Below are positions 19,475-28,564 of a DNA stretch of 32,313 nucleotides, piece after piece (position 1 is the stretch's first letter; every line of letters begins with the position of its first letter). Both the position numbers and the translations under genes were made by a program. Below the pieces are notes generated by a model. That model had not been told where the DNA came from. It was given only the letters and a program-made list of their open reading frames with translations, and searched no databases. Source of the DNA: Candidatus Woesearchaeota archaeon (GTDB lineage: Archaea; Nanobdellota; Nanobdellia; Woesearchaeales; J072); contig RFII01000102.1 of the NCBI GenBank assembly GCA_003695265.1, forward strand, positions 1 through 32,313. Direction: 5' to 3'.

Positions 19475-20032
19475 ATGAACAAAATAATAAAAGATTCTAT
19501 TCTTACTGTTCTTCGCCGGATGAGGAAGGCATTGAAGCAGCGTGATTCCCATCTTCTTGCAAAGCTGAGCAATTTCACAATACACAACTCAAGCATATTT
19601 CAGGATGAGGACTCAATAACAACTGCTTTGGTGGCGTATGCTCTTTCAAAGATTATTGCGCGCGAGAAAGACCAGATTTCTGATTCTGACGTTGATTACA
19701 TAAGAAAAGCAATTCAAAAACTGCAGGATCACTTAAGGAAAAATCAGGAGGAACTCTTCAGGGATGATATGAACACGTTAATTGAGGACATAAAAAGATT
19801 GGACAGCAAAGTCTCAATATACTTTGATGAGATCCTGCAAAAATCAAGGATTAAGAAAGGAAGTGCGATTTACTCGCATGGCATTTCGCTGGCAAGAGTT
19901 GCAAAAATATTGGGTGTGAGCCAATGGGAATTGATGAGCTATGTTGGCAACACAAGAATAATAGATGAGGAGGAAAAGGAAAGCGTAAAGAAAAGGCTCG
20001 CTTTCGCAAGAAGCCTTTTCGAGCTTGTGTAA
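19475..20032 (+). CDS. Helical protein with a C-terminal HTH (UPF0175-like)
   Basis: GISLARVAKILGVSQWELMSYVG helix-turn-helix pattern; directly upstream of the PIN gene. Confidence 0.75.
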   Translation: MNKIIKDSILTVLRRMRKALKQRDSHLLAKLSNFTIHNSSIFQDEDSITTALVAYALSKIIAREKDQISDSDVDYIRKAIQKLQDHLRKNQEELFRDDMNTLIEDIKRLDSKVSIYFDEILQKSRIKKGSAIYSHGISLARVAKILGVSQWELMSYVGNTRIIDEEEKESVKKRLAFARSLFELV

Positions 20033-20033
20033 A

Positions 20034-20729
20034 ATGAGCCGTAATAAATCCTTGGTTTTTGATGCCGGGCCGCTTATCAGCTTGACATCAAACAACCTGT
20101 TGTGGATTCTGAAAAAGCTGAAAAAGCATTTCAAAGGGGAATTTTACATAACGTCAGAGGTCGAGCAGGAACTAGTGCATAGGCCTTTGAACAGCAAGAG
20201 GTTCAAGTTTGAGGCATTGCAAGTGATGAAGGAGATTAAGAAAGGGGTCATAAAAGTTGTTGACAACGAGCGCATAAAGAGCCTTGCTAAAGAATTAATA
20301 GGGCTTGCAAACCACTGCTTCAGCGCCCACAATAATTACATTCAAGTGGTTCATATGGGTGAGATGGAGGTTGTTGCTACAGGAATCCTGATGAACGCAT
20401 CTGCTCTTGTAATAGATGAGAGGACGATGCGCTACCTGATAGAAAACCCCATAAAAGTCAAGAGGAGGCTGCAAAGAAAGCTACACACTTATGTGCATGT
20501 TGACAAAACCGCGTTAAAAAAACTGCAAAGAAGGCTGCGCGGCTTGAAAGTAATAAGGTCAGTCGAATTAATATCTGTCGCGTATGAGATGGGATTATTG
20601 AATGAGTACATACCAGACCTGATAGAATCAAAGAGCATTCTCTTGGATGCAGTTCTTTGGGGAGTAAAGATAGACGGCTGCGCTGTTTCAGAGAAAGAGA
20701 TTGACGAGATTGAGAAGCTCATAAAGTAG
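20034..20729 (+). CDS. PIN-domain protein (DUF3368-like putative ribonuclease)
   Basis: PIN acidic residues in LVFDAGPLI, VEQEL, HMGEME and LVIDER; ATG 1 nt after the upstream stop codon. Confidence 0.8.
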   Translation: MSRNKSLVFDAGPLISLTSNNLLWILKKLKKHFKGEFYITSEVEQELVHRPLNSKRFKFEALQVMKEIKKGVIKVVDNERIKSLAKELIGLANHCFSAHNNYIQVVHMGEMEVVATGILMNASALVIDERTMRYLIENPIKVKRRLQRKLHTYVHVDKTALKKLQRRLRGLKVIRSVELISVAYEMGLLNEYIPDLIESKSILLDAVLWGVKIDGCAVSEKEIDEIEKLIK

Positions 20730-20766
20730 AAAGTATTTTATATTAAAAACAACAAGTATTAAAAAA

Positions 20767-21141
20767 ATGATTGAAAAATCAATAATCACTTTGATATCGT
20801 TTTCTGTTTTAGTTGTGGTCATATATTTTTTGAGGTTCAGGATAATCACAATAGTCCAGCCGCTTTTCAAAAAAATGGGCGAAGAATACCACTTTGTTGA
20901 GCAGGACCAAATAGTTAAAGGAGTCAATGCTTTGCTTTTATCTTTCGCGTTCTCTATGATGCTGGTGTTGTGGTTTATTTACCTCAGCTTTTTTGATTTT
21001 GATAAGAGGATTAGTTGTATAATAATATTTATTATACTCTTAGTGATAGTAGTGTTCTCGCTTTTGTCCTTTAGGCATTTTGTGAAGGCTTTTAGAATAG
21101 CGAACGAGGTGCACGCAGGCCCGAAAAGGGAACATAAGTAA
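20767..21141 (+). CDS. Hypothetical membrane protein (about 3 TM segments)
   Basis: 124-aa ORF with three hydrophobic segments. Confidence 0.65.
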   Translation: MIEKSIITLISFSVLVVVIYFLRFRIITIVQPLFKKMGEEYHFVEQDQIVKGVNALLLSFAFSMMLVLWFIYLSFFDFDKRISCIIIFIILLVIVVFSLLSFRHFVKAFRIANEVHAGPKREHK

Positions 21142-21186
21142 AGTTTATATAAATCAGGCGCATGCGAATTTCTTGAGGGGTGTGCT

Positions 21187-22704
21187 TTGCTGAAAGGCCA
21201 GATAATATCAGGAGACTTTGGAAACATAATTGTGAGGCAGAAAGCAGGCCGGGAAATCGAGCTTGGAGAGCTCTTAGTTTCTGAAGACGGCAGAATGCTG
21301 TTTGAGGTTGTTGACTTGCGCTTCGGAAGCCAGATATCAGAGCAGAACCGCGAGCTTATTTCAGGAATGGACCTTGAGGAGAACGCTGACACAGAGCTTT
21401 TTGAGAAAGAGCTCAGGAATTACACGATAGCAGTGCTGAAGCCTGTAATCAGGATTGGAGAAAAAGCTTCTCTAGTGAAGACACTTCCAGTTTTCCTTTC
21501 AAAAGTAAGGGAAGTTAAGGAAGAAGACTTGAAATTCTTAACAAAGCCAAAGAACCCGTTGTTTCTTGGAAAGCTGAGGTCAGGATCAAAAGTTATGAAT
21601 GTTGATATTTTCCTGGATGCTGCGAAAGCTCTCTCGCACCACATCCTCATCCCGGCAACAACTGGAAGGGGGAAATCTAATCTTACAATGGTCATGCTGT
21701 GGGGGCAGCTTGACAAAGACTATTGCGGTGTTTTGGTTCTTGACCCTCATGATGAGTATTTTGGAAGGCATAAACTTGGCTTAAAAGACCACCCGAAAAG
21801 CGAGAACCTTGTTTATTACACGATGCGCAGCCCGCCGCCAGGGCAGAGGACTCTTAAAATAAACGTAGAGCAGATAAAGCCTAATCATTTCAACGGCGTC
21901 GTGGAATGGAGCCAAGCACAGCACGAAGCGCTGGCAGCTTATCATAAAAAGTACAAAGAAAAATGGGTTGAAGCTATAATAAAAGAAAGGCCTGTTGACA
22001 ATTTTAACGAGGCAACGTTGAGTGTGATTAAAAGAAGAATGCTCAGCCTCCTTGACTTAGAGCTGGACAGCTCTGGAGTTTACTGCAAAGGAATATTTGA
22101 CTTCTCAGCAGGCGAAACAACAATAAGGGATATTGTGAACGAGCTAATAAAAGGAAAAACAGTTGTGATTGACACTTCGTACCTGTCAGGAGCTGTTGAG
22201 ATACTCGTCGGCTCATTAATAACAACAGAAGTCTTCAGCAAATACAAGCATTTCAAAGCGACAGGAGAGCTGAAAGACAAGCCAGTAATCAGCATTGTTC
22301 TTGAAGAGGCGCCGCGCGTCTTAGGAAAAGAAGTGCTCGAGAAAGGAAGCAATATTTTCAGCACAATCGCAAGAGAAGGAAGAAAGTTCAAGGTAGGTCT
22401 GACAGCAATAACGCAGCTGCCAAGCCTAATACCAAGGCAGATTTTAGCCAATATGAACACAAAAATAATACTCGGCTTGGAAATGGCTCCTGAAAGAAAC
22501 GCGATAATAGAATCAGCGTCCCAGGACTTGACAGAAGCTAGCAAAAGCATCGCTAGCTTAGACATAGGAGAAGCAATAATAAGCTCAAACTTCGTGAAGT
22601 TTGCAACTCCAATAAAAATCCCTTTGTTTGAGGAAATGGCAAAAAGCGCAAAAGATAAAAAACTTGAGGAAAATAGCTTTGAAGGAGTAAAACTGGGTGG
22701 GTAA
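21187..22704 (+). CDS. herA: HerA/FtsK-superfamily ATPase (HerA-like DNA translocase, DUF87)
   Basis: N-terminal HAS-barrel-like region, [14 protein letters not shown]alker A, LDPHDEY, IVLEEAP Walker [13 protein letters not shown] and TQLPS; TTG start after GAGGGG. Confidence 0.88.
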   Translation: MLKGQIISGDFGNIIVRQKAGREIELGELLVSEDGRMLFEVVDLRFGSQISEQNRELISGMDLEENADTELFEKELRNYTIAVLKPVIRIGEKASLVKTLPVFLSKVREVKEEDLKFLTKPKNPLFLGKLRSGSKVMNVDIFLDAAKALSHHILIPATTGRGKSNLTMVMLWGQLDKDYCGVLVLDPHDEYFGRHKLGLKDHPKSENLVYYTMRSPPPGQRTLKINVEQIKPNHFNGVVEWSQAQHEALAAYHKKYKEKWVEAIIKERPVDNFNEATLSVIKRRMLSLLDLELDSSGVYCKGIFDFSAGETTIRDIVNELIKGKTVVIDTSYLSGAVEILVGSLITTEVFSKYKHFKATGELKDKPVISIVLEEAPRVLGKEVLEKGSNIFSTIAREGRKFKVGLTAITQLPSLIPRQILANMNTKIILGLEMAPERNAIIESASQDLTEASKSIASLDIGEAIISSNFVKFATPIKIPLFEEMAKSAKDKKLEENSFEGVKLGG

Positions 22705-22705
22705 T

Positions 22706-23173
22706 ATGAGAAGTATGAAATCAATTGACAGCCAGATAAGGCACTTGCTTGAGCAGAAAGAAGAGATTCTGGAAAAAGTCCTTGACAAATACGTAAAAAA
22801 CGCAGTTGAGAAATCAAGAGAGATTATTGTCCTGTTAAGGCAGATTATTTTTCAAAACAGAAACTCGAAATTGGGCGAAATAAAAGGCAGGATTAAAGAG
22901 GTTCTTGACGCCTTAGACAAAATAATTCCTGAGCTGCCAGAAGGACCGTCAAAAGAAATGATTGAGAAGGACAGGGATAAATGGAATAAGAACTACGAAT
23001 ACGTTGAGGATGTAATGTCAGGAAAAGAAAGACCTGACTTAAATGACTTAAAAGTCGGGCTGGAAAGAAATTTTACAAGGCTTGGCAGAGACCTTGTTGA
23101 GCTTGCAAAAAAACTGGCCGACCGACTGGAAAGAGAAAAAGACTTACTATGGTCTGAACAACAAGAATTCTAA
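22706..23173 (+). CDS. Hypothetical all-helical protein
   Basis: ORF coupled to the herA stop codon; charged helical sequence; no family recognised. Confidence 0.7.
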   Translation: MRSMKSIDSQIRHLLEQKEEILEKVLDKYVKNAVEKSREIIVLLRQIIFQNRNSKLGEIKGRIKEVLDALDKIIPELPEGPSKEMIEKDRDKWNKNYEYVEDVMSGKERPDLNDLKVGLERNFTRLGRDLVELAKKLADRLEREKDLLWSEQQEF

Positions 23174-24651
23174 GACTTTGGCTTCCAAATCCTTGCTATT
23201 TTCTCTTTCTTATTATACTCATCTATGTACTTGCCAACCTTGTCAGGAAGTATTTTCTTCAAGCTGGCAGAGCTCTCATGAAGTTTCGCAAGTTTTTTCT
23301 CTATGTTTCTCGTTATCGCCTTGTAAAAGTCAGGGCTTGAGTAAATAAGGCCGTCAACAATCCTCTGGTAAGCGGATGTGCCGTCAAGAGCAAAGACTAT
23401 GTATCCGCGCTTTCCACCTATCAACTCTGAATAAGTGTCCATGCCGGCATAAATCTTTTTGTAATCAGCGTAATAAACTCCTCCAGCCTTTGAGCTAGGG
23501 TCAAGTATTAAAAGCTCGTCTCCATTAACGCCTAAGCACACAGAGTAATGCGCGCTTTTTGCAGAAGGGAAAAGAACTGACTTCTTGTAGTCAACAATTA
23601 TTAAGGCGTCTCCTTTCAGCCAAGATTTCACCTCTTCCTTCAGGTTTGTGATCTTGTCAACATCTATCCAGACGCCAAGAACCTTGTTGTCAGTGAGTTT
23701 TTGCACAGCTCTTATAAGGTCAGCGGGTTTTGTGCCGCCAGGCACCTGCGCGTTTGCTTTCTTGCCTATTTCCTCCTGGCTGAACTCAAAACCGAAAATG
23801 CTGAGAACAATTGAAGCTGATGCCGGGCCGCAATAGCTGGGCGTTTGAGCAACGAATTTTTCCTTAATGCTCTCAAGAGTGCTCAGCCTTGTCCTGACCT
23901 TTTTATAATACAGCCCTTTGTCAAAAAGCTCCTTGTAAGGCACAAAATAATAAAAGTTTCCACTAGGCTTGGTCAGTATTCCCTGAGCCTTGAAAGACTT
24001 GACTTTCACCAAATCAGCACCGACCTTAATGTACTCGCCAACCTTGATCATGCCGCTTGACTTGATAAACCAGCCTGCAAACAGGTTTTTTATGAAATCC
24101 TTTGCACCGAAAAACGCCAGCAACAAGACAAATAGAAGGATTGGGTAAAATATGAAGCTGAGAAATGATATGACAGCGCTTATGTTCACGCCAGCAATGT
24201 TCAAAGCAACCAAAACAAATATTATGTAAAGAATGAACTTGATGATAGCAAGCAAGTTATACGTTATGACATCCTTGCCAGACTCTTCCAGCAGTGTAAG
24301 TAGGCCGCTGCCCTCCAGAAAACGGTTTATTATCAGGAAGATGAACTGCACCACAAGAACAACAAGGACAAAGAGAAGGATTATTGAAAGGATTGTAGGA
24401 GTGTAAGAGTACAGCTCAACAAGCCAATCAGCAGTAATGCTTATCTTAAGGTAGCTTAATGATATGCTGATAAACACGAAATTTATTACGTAAAACACCA
24501 ACTTTGCGATGCCAGGCTTCTCCAAGTCAGTCCTGTAATGCTTCCTGTACGATGATGTTATGAAGCGCTCGCTTATCTTTGACAAAGAAAACCCAAACAG
24601 AACTATTACAAAACTAATTATCAGCTTAAGCGTGACAGGGTCAATAACCAT
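23170..24651 (-). CDS. MscS-like mechanosensitive channel fused to a C39-like cysteine peptidase
   Basis: About five TM helices, then FGAKDFIKNLFAGWFI...IKVGEYIKVG (MscS TM3 and beta domain); C-terminal QTPSYCGPA (Cys274), AHYSV (His368), LILDPS (Asp384). Confidence 0.82.
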   Translation of the reverse strand: MVIDPVTLKLIISFVIVLFGFSLSKISERFITSSYRKHYRTDLEKPGIAKLVFYVINFVFISISLSYLKISITADWLVELYSYTPTILSIILLFVLVVLVVQFIFLIINRFLEGSGLLTLLEESGKDVITYNLLAIIKFILYIIFVLVALNIAGVNISAVISFLSFIFYPILLFVLLLAFFGAKDFIKNLFAGWFIKSSGMIKVGEYIKVGADLVKVKSFKAQGILTKPSGNFYYFVPYKELFDKGLYYKKVRTRLSTLESIKEKFVAQTPSYCGPASASIVLSIFGFEFSQEEIGKKANAQVPGGTKPADLIRAVQKLTDNKVLGVWIDVDKITNLKEEVKSWLKGDALIIVDYKKSVLFPSAKSAHYSVCLGVNGDELLILDPSSKAGGVYYADYKKIYAGMDTYSELIGGKRGYIVFALDGTSAYQRIVDGLIYSSPDFYKAITRNIEKKLAKLHESSASLKKILPDKVGKYIDEYNKKEKIARIWKPKS

Positions 24652-24736
24652 AAAAGCAAGTAAAGTGATGATTTAGTATAAAAATTTTCTTAATTGTTAG
24701 GATAAGTTTAATAATAACTTCTGCTTCCATGCAATT

Positions 24737-25942
24737 ATGAAATTCGCGCACATGGCGGACTGCCACATAGGAAGCTGGAGGGATCCTAAGCTCAGGGACG
24801 CAAGCACAAAGGCGTTCTCAAAAGCAATTGACATTTGTTTAGAGGAAGATGTTGATTTCGTGCTAATAGCAGGAGACTTGTTCAACACTGCACTGCCCGG
24901 AGTTGACCTTCTGAAAAGCGTTGTTGCAAAGCTTAAAGAGCTCAAGGACAAAGGAATACCTGTTTACGGCATTGCAGGAAGCCATGACTTCTCGCCGAGC
25001 GGAAAAACAATGATAGACGTCTTGGAAAATGCAGGCCTTTTTGTCAATGTTTGCAGAGGAAAAGTCGAGGACAAGAAATTAGTCCTGGAGTTCACCACTA
25101 ATGAAAAAACAGGGGTGAAGATTACTGGAATGCTGGGCAAGAGGGGAATGCTGGACCGCAAGTTCTATGAGCAGCTTGATTCCAAAAGCCTTGAAAGAGA
25201 AAATGGGAGAAAGGTATTCCTTTTCCACACATTGCTGTCAGAGCTCAAGCCAAAAGACCTTCAGATGATGGACTCTTCTCCATTATCATTGCTTCCAAAA
25301 GGTTTTGATTATTATGCTGGAGGGCACCCCCATTTTGTTCTTACAAAAAAAGAGGAAGGCTATGGCGTAATAGCTTATCCTGGCCCTTTGTTCCCGAACA
25401 GCTTCAAGGAAATGGAGGATGTAAAGATTGGCGGCTTTAACATTGTTGAAGACTGGAAGATAAGGCATGTTAATGTCCAGGTTTACAACGTTCATAACAT
25501 AAGCGTTGACTGCAACCACAAAACGCCAGAGCAGGTTAAGGCGGAAATACTGGAAGGCATAAAGAATAAGGAATTCATCCACACCATTGTTACAATAAGG
25601 CTTTTCGGCGTTTTAGAGTCAGGAAAGGTTTCAGACATCGACTTCGGCGAGATAAGCAGAATGCTTTATGAGAAGAGCGCTTTCGCAGTCCTCAGAAACA
25701 CGTCCGGCTTAAGCTCAAAAGAGTTTGAAGAAGTAAAGGTATCGCAGGGAAGCGTTGACGAGATTGAGGACAGGATAATAAGGGAGCACGCAGGCCAGAT
25801 AAGCATTGGGCTGGACAGGGATAAAGAGATAACGCTGACAAAGAAACTTATTGACGCGTTGAACATGGAAAAAGCAGAGGGCGAGCGCACTTCAGACTTT
25901 GAGGCAAGGGTTTTAGAAACAGTGAGGAAAGTTCTTGAATAA
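24737..25942 (+). CDS. mre11: Mre11/SbcD-family DNA repair nuclease
   Basis: Five phosphoesterase motifs: HMADCHIG, IAGDLF, IAGSHD, FLFHT and YYAGGHPH; YPG motif and capping domain. Confidence 0.9.
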   Translation: MKFAHMADCHIGSWRDPKLRDASTKAFSKAIDICLEEDVDFVLIAGDLFNTALPGVDLLKSVVAKLKELKDKGIPVYGIAGSHDFSPSGKTMIDVLENAGLFVNVCRGKVEDKKLVLEFTTNEKTGVKITGMLGKRGMLDRKFYEQLDSKSLERENGRKVFLFHTLLSELKPKDLQMMDSSPLSLLPKGFDYYAGGHPHFVLTKKEEGYGVIAYPGPLFPNSFKEMEDVKIGGFNIVEDWKIRHVNVQVYNVHNISVDCNHKTPEQVKAEILEGIKNKEFIHTIVTIRLFGVLESGKVSDIDFGEISRMLYEKSAFAVLRNTSGLSSKEFEEVKVSQGSVDEIEDRIIREHAGQISIGLDRDKEITLTKKLIDALNMEKAEGERTSDFEARVLETVRKVLE

Positions 25943-25984
25943 TTCTGAATTTCCTTAACAAGTTCAAAAGGTTTCCTAGATTTC

Positions 25985-26009
25985 TTTGGCAAAGCTTGAC
26001 TATGCCAAA
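25985..26009. promoter_or_regulatory. Inverted repeat TTTGGCA-N11-TGCCAAA (operator or hairpin)
   Basis: Perfect 7-bp inverted repeat between mre11 and the next gene, just upstream of a TATA-like TTATTAAA. Confidence 0.35.
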
Positions 26010-26065
26010 ACATCGTAAAATTATTAAATTCGTTTCACTTACTTCTGCTTTAAGGGGGTGTACTC

Positions 26066-26323
26066 ATGGCAGAAGAGGAGGAAATAGGTGTTATAACGCA
26101 TTACTTTACAAAAATAGGTGTTGGTATTTTGGAAATAAAGAATGGAACTTTAAAGGTTGGTGACACAATTCATGTAAAAGGAGCGACTTCTGATTTTACG
26201 CAGACAGTTGATTCAATGCAGATAGAGCACAAACCAGTTGAAGAGGCAAAGGCTGGAGATGCTATTGGCCTAAAAGTCAAAGAGCACGTAAGAGAGAACG
26301 ACAAGGTTTTCTTAGTAAAATAA
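26066..26323 (+). CDS. Stand-alone translation-factor domain II-like beta-barrel protein
   Basis: IGVITHYFTKIGVG, GTLKVGDTIHVKG, VDSMQIEH and AGDAIGLKV; GGGGGTG ribosome-binding site. Confidence 0.82.
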   Translation: MAEEEEIGVITHYFTKIGVGILEIKNGTLKVGDTIHVKGATSDFTQTVDSMQIEHKPVEEAKAGDAIGLKVKEHVRENDKVFLVK

Positions 26324-26395
26324 ACGCATTTTACTATTTTTCAGTAGTCAATAATAGAAATATTTATAAATAACTATTTTAAAACCATTTTTTTT

Positions 26396-26914
26396 ATGGA
26401 TAAAGAGTATTTTACATACATTTTTGATGCTGCTTTTGTCTTTGTATTAGGTGTTTTTGGCTATGCAAAAACATATAAAAATGACTTAATTGGAATGATT
26501 TACTTTGCTGAAAGCGCAAGAAGCATTGACTTTAAAGAAACAACTTTTGCTAAGTGGAGGATAAGAACAACTGATGACGTGATTGATGTTTCAAGGCTTC
26601 AAGAAGGCATGCCTAGGCAGACTGGAAAACTATTGCAATACCCTGAAGTGTTGGAAGCAATGGGAATTGAAGTCGGCGGCCGTTCTGTTGTGGGAAAATA
26701 TGATCTTGGCATGAATTGTTTTGCCGAAACGTATAAAACAGCAGGGTTAATTGGCATAATAAACCTTATGTTTAATCCACTTATTGCTATAACAACAGGT
26801 TTGGAATCACTTCTTGGCTTAAGCATCGGAGCAGAAATAGGGTCTAGAATGGCTAGAAAGCGCTTCAATTATTACTTCTCAAAAAGAAGGCCGGAGTTTG
26901 AGCGCAAGATTTAA
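26396..26914 (+). CDS. Hypothetical membrane-associated protein
   Basis: 172-aa ORF with N- and C-terminal hydrophobic segments; TATA box upstream. Confidence 0.65.
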   Translation: MDKEYFTYIFDAAFVFVLGVFGYAKTYKNDLIGMIYFAESARSIDFKETTFAKWRIRTTDDVIDVSRLQEGMPRQTGKLLQYPEVLEAMGIEVGGRSVVGKYDLGMNCFAETYKTAGLIGIINLMFNPLIAITTGLESLLGLSIGAEIGSRMARKRFNYYFSKRRPEFERKI

Positions 26915-26992
26915 ATAAAATTTTTAATAATTTCCTTTTTTAAACAAAAAAGAGGTTCTTTTCAAAAAAATATTTTTTTACAATACTCTTAG

Positions 26993-28093
26993 ATGGGGTT
27001 GGCAATGCTTAGTTTAGAAGACAAAATAAATACTTTTATCCAGAATAATATTGATGAACTGCCTGCTTGGGTTGTAAAATTTTTTTCTTGGCCTTACATT
27101 GCTGGTGATTCACCGGAAAAAACTATTCATAAAGCAGAAAAGCTTCTTCGCGATGGAAAGCACAGTACAATTGATGTTCTTGGAGAATTCTCCAGGAGTT
27201 TACAAAATGTTGCTGAATATGTAAACCTTTATAACTCAACATTTAATCTAATTGCACAAATGAATGTGAGGCCGACAGCTTCTTTTAAGCCGTCATGCTT
27301 CACGCCAGTACGCACTGTTCAAGAAAGTCGGCATGAAAAAGTTATTATTGAGAGGACAGACCTTGAGCTTTGCGAAAACAATATCAGGGCTCAAGTTCGA
27401 AGGGCAAAAGACCTTGGAATAATGGTCACTATCGACATGGAAGACCATCACTGGACTGATTTTACTCTTAACACTTATTTCAAGCTGAGAGAGGAAGGTT
27501 TTGATAACGTGGGCAGTGTTTTGCAGGCAAGGCTGTTCAGGACTGCAGAAGACGTAAGAAGGTTTGGCGCAGGTGACCGTGTTCGCCTATGCATAGGAAT
27601 CTACAATGAGCCGCCGAGCATTGCTGTTGAACCGAATAATAAGAAAGAAATGAAAGAGCGCTTAATCAATTATTTGCCCACGCTTTTTGAGAATGACGTT
27701 TATGTTGAGATAGCAACGCACGACACCAATTTAATTGACAGAATATTCCAAGAGGTAATTTTCCCCATGGGAATACCTCCAGAAAGGTTTGAGACGCAGT
27801 TCTTGTTAGGAGTTCAATTAAACAGGTTTCAAAAAGCGCTTATATCTGGAGATTATTTTAAAAGATTTAGGAGTAGCGGATTTGATAATTCTCTTGTAGA
27901 GGAATACATTGAAAAAGGTGTGAAAGTCAGGATTTACCTTCCCTTTGCGCAGTCTTGGGATGATGCTTTGCCCTACTGTAGGAGGAGAATAAAAGCAAAC
28001 CCGAACATCGCAAGGTACGGAATAAAAAACTTCTTAAGGCGCCCGGAAGTAATGCCGAGAATCATTTATGAAATGCTAAAAGAGAGGAAATAA
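26993..28093 (+). CDS. Proline dehydrogenase family flavoprotein (monofunctional PRODH-like)
   Basis: YIAG, DVLGE, SFKPS, IDMED, VLQARLFRT, RLCIGIYNEP, IATHD, QFLLGV, RIYLPF and YCRRR motifs. Confidence 0.85.
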   Translation: MGLAMLSLEDKINTFIQNNIDELPAWVVKFFSWPYIAGDSPEKTIHKAEKLLRDGKHSTIDVLGEFSRSLQNVAEYVNLYNSTFNLIAQMNVRPTASFKPSCFTPVRTVQESRHEKVIIERTDLELCENNIRAQVRRAKDLGIMVTIDMEDHHWTDFTLNTYFKLREEGFDNVGSVLQARLFRTAEDVRRFGAGDRVRLCIGIYNEPPSIAVEPNNKKEMKERLINYLPTLFENDVYVEIATHDTNLIDRIFQEVIFPMGIPPERFETQFLLGVQLNRFQKALISGDYFKRFRSSGFDNSLVEEYIEKGVKVRIYLPFAQSWDDALPYCRRRIKANPNIARYGIKNFLRRPEVMPRIIYEMLKERK

Positions 28094-28213
28094 TCACTCT
28101 TCCTCCTTAGAAGCATTTTTCTCATTTTTATAAACATTTTCTCCAAATATTATTTTGCTTAAGTCAAGATAACCATCAACAATGTACTCCTCATATTCAG
28201 ACCAGTCGCTCAT
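28094..28213 (-). CDS. Putative small acidic protein, 39 aa (MSDWSEYEEYIVDGYLDLSKIIFGENVYKNEKNASKEEE)
   Basis: Translated manually; its start overlaps the upstream stop as ATGA and it exactly fills the gap to the PRODH stop codon. Confidence 0.55.
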   Translation of the reverse strand: MSDWSEYEEYIVDGYLDLSKIIFGENVYKNEKNASKEEE

Positions 28214-28395
28214 TTCTGCATCGCCTCAATTTTTGCTTTGAGCTCCTCATATTCCTTTCTCATAACATTAAGCTGCTCCTTTTTGGCAGGATTTATTTGG
28301 TTTCTCTTCTCATCCCACGAAAGCCTGTCTATCACGACCTTCATGTCATGCATTTTTTCATCAATTTGTTCGGCGGTTAAAGATTCTTCTGTCAT
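28210..28395 (-). CDS. Small helical-hairpin hypothetical protein (61 aa)
   Basis: GAGGTGA ribosome-binding site before ATG 28395; sequence MTEESLTAEQIDEK... Confidence 0.72.
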   Translation of the reverse strand: MTEESLTAEQIDEKMHDMKVVIDRLSWDEKRNQINPAKKEQLNVMRKEYEELKAKIEAMQK

Positions 28396-28564
28396 ATCAC
28401 TCACCTCTCGAGCGTAAGAAAAAACCGTCAATGGATAGTAATAAATCAATGTTAATATATATAGTTTTTGGTAAAAACCTTTCTTATTATTCATATTACA
28501 TGAAATACAACTCATTTTTTATATTAGCAATCTTTAAATACGAGATGATTTATAGTTTTACCTT

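Noticed and set aside
24970..24990. Mre11 motif III reads GSHD rather than GNHD
   Set aside because: The catalytic His is retained and I recall this variant from other archaeal Mre11 proteins
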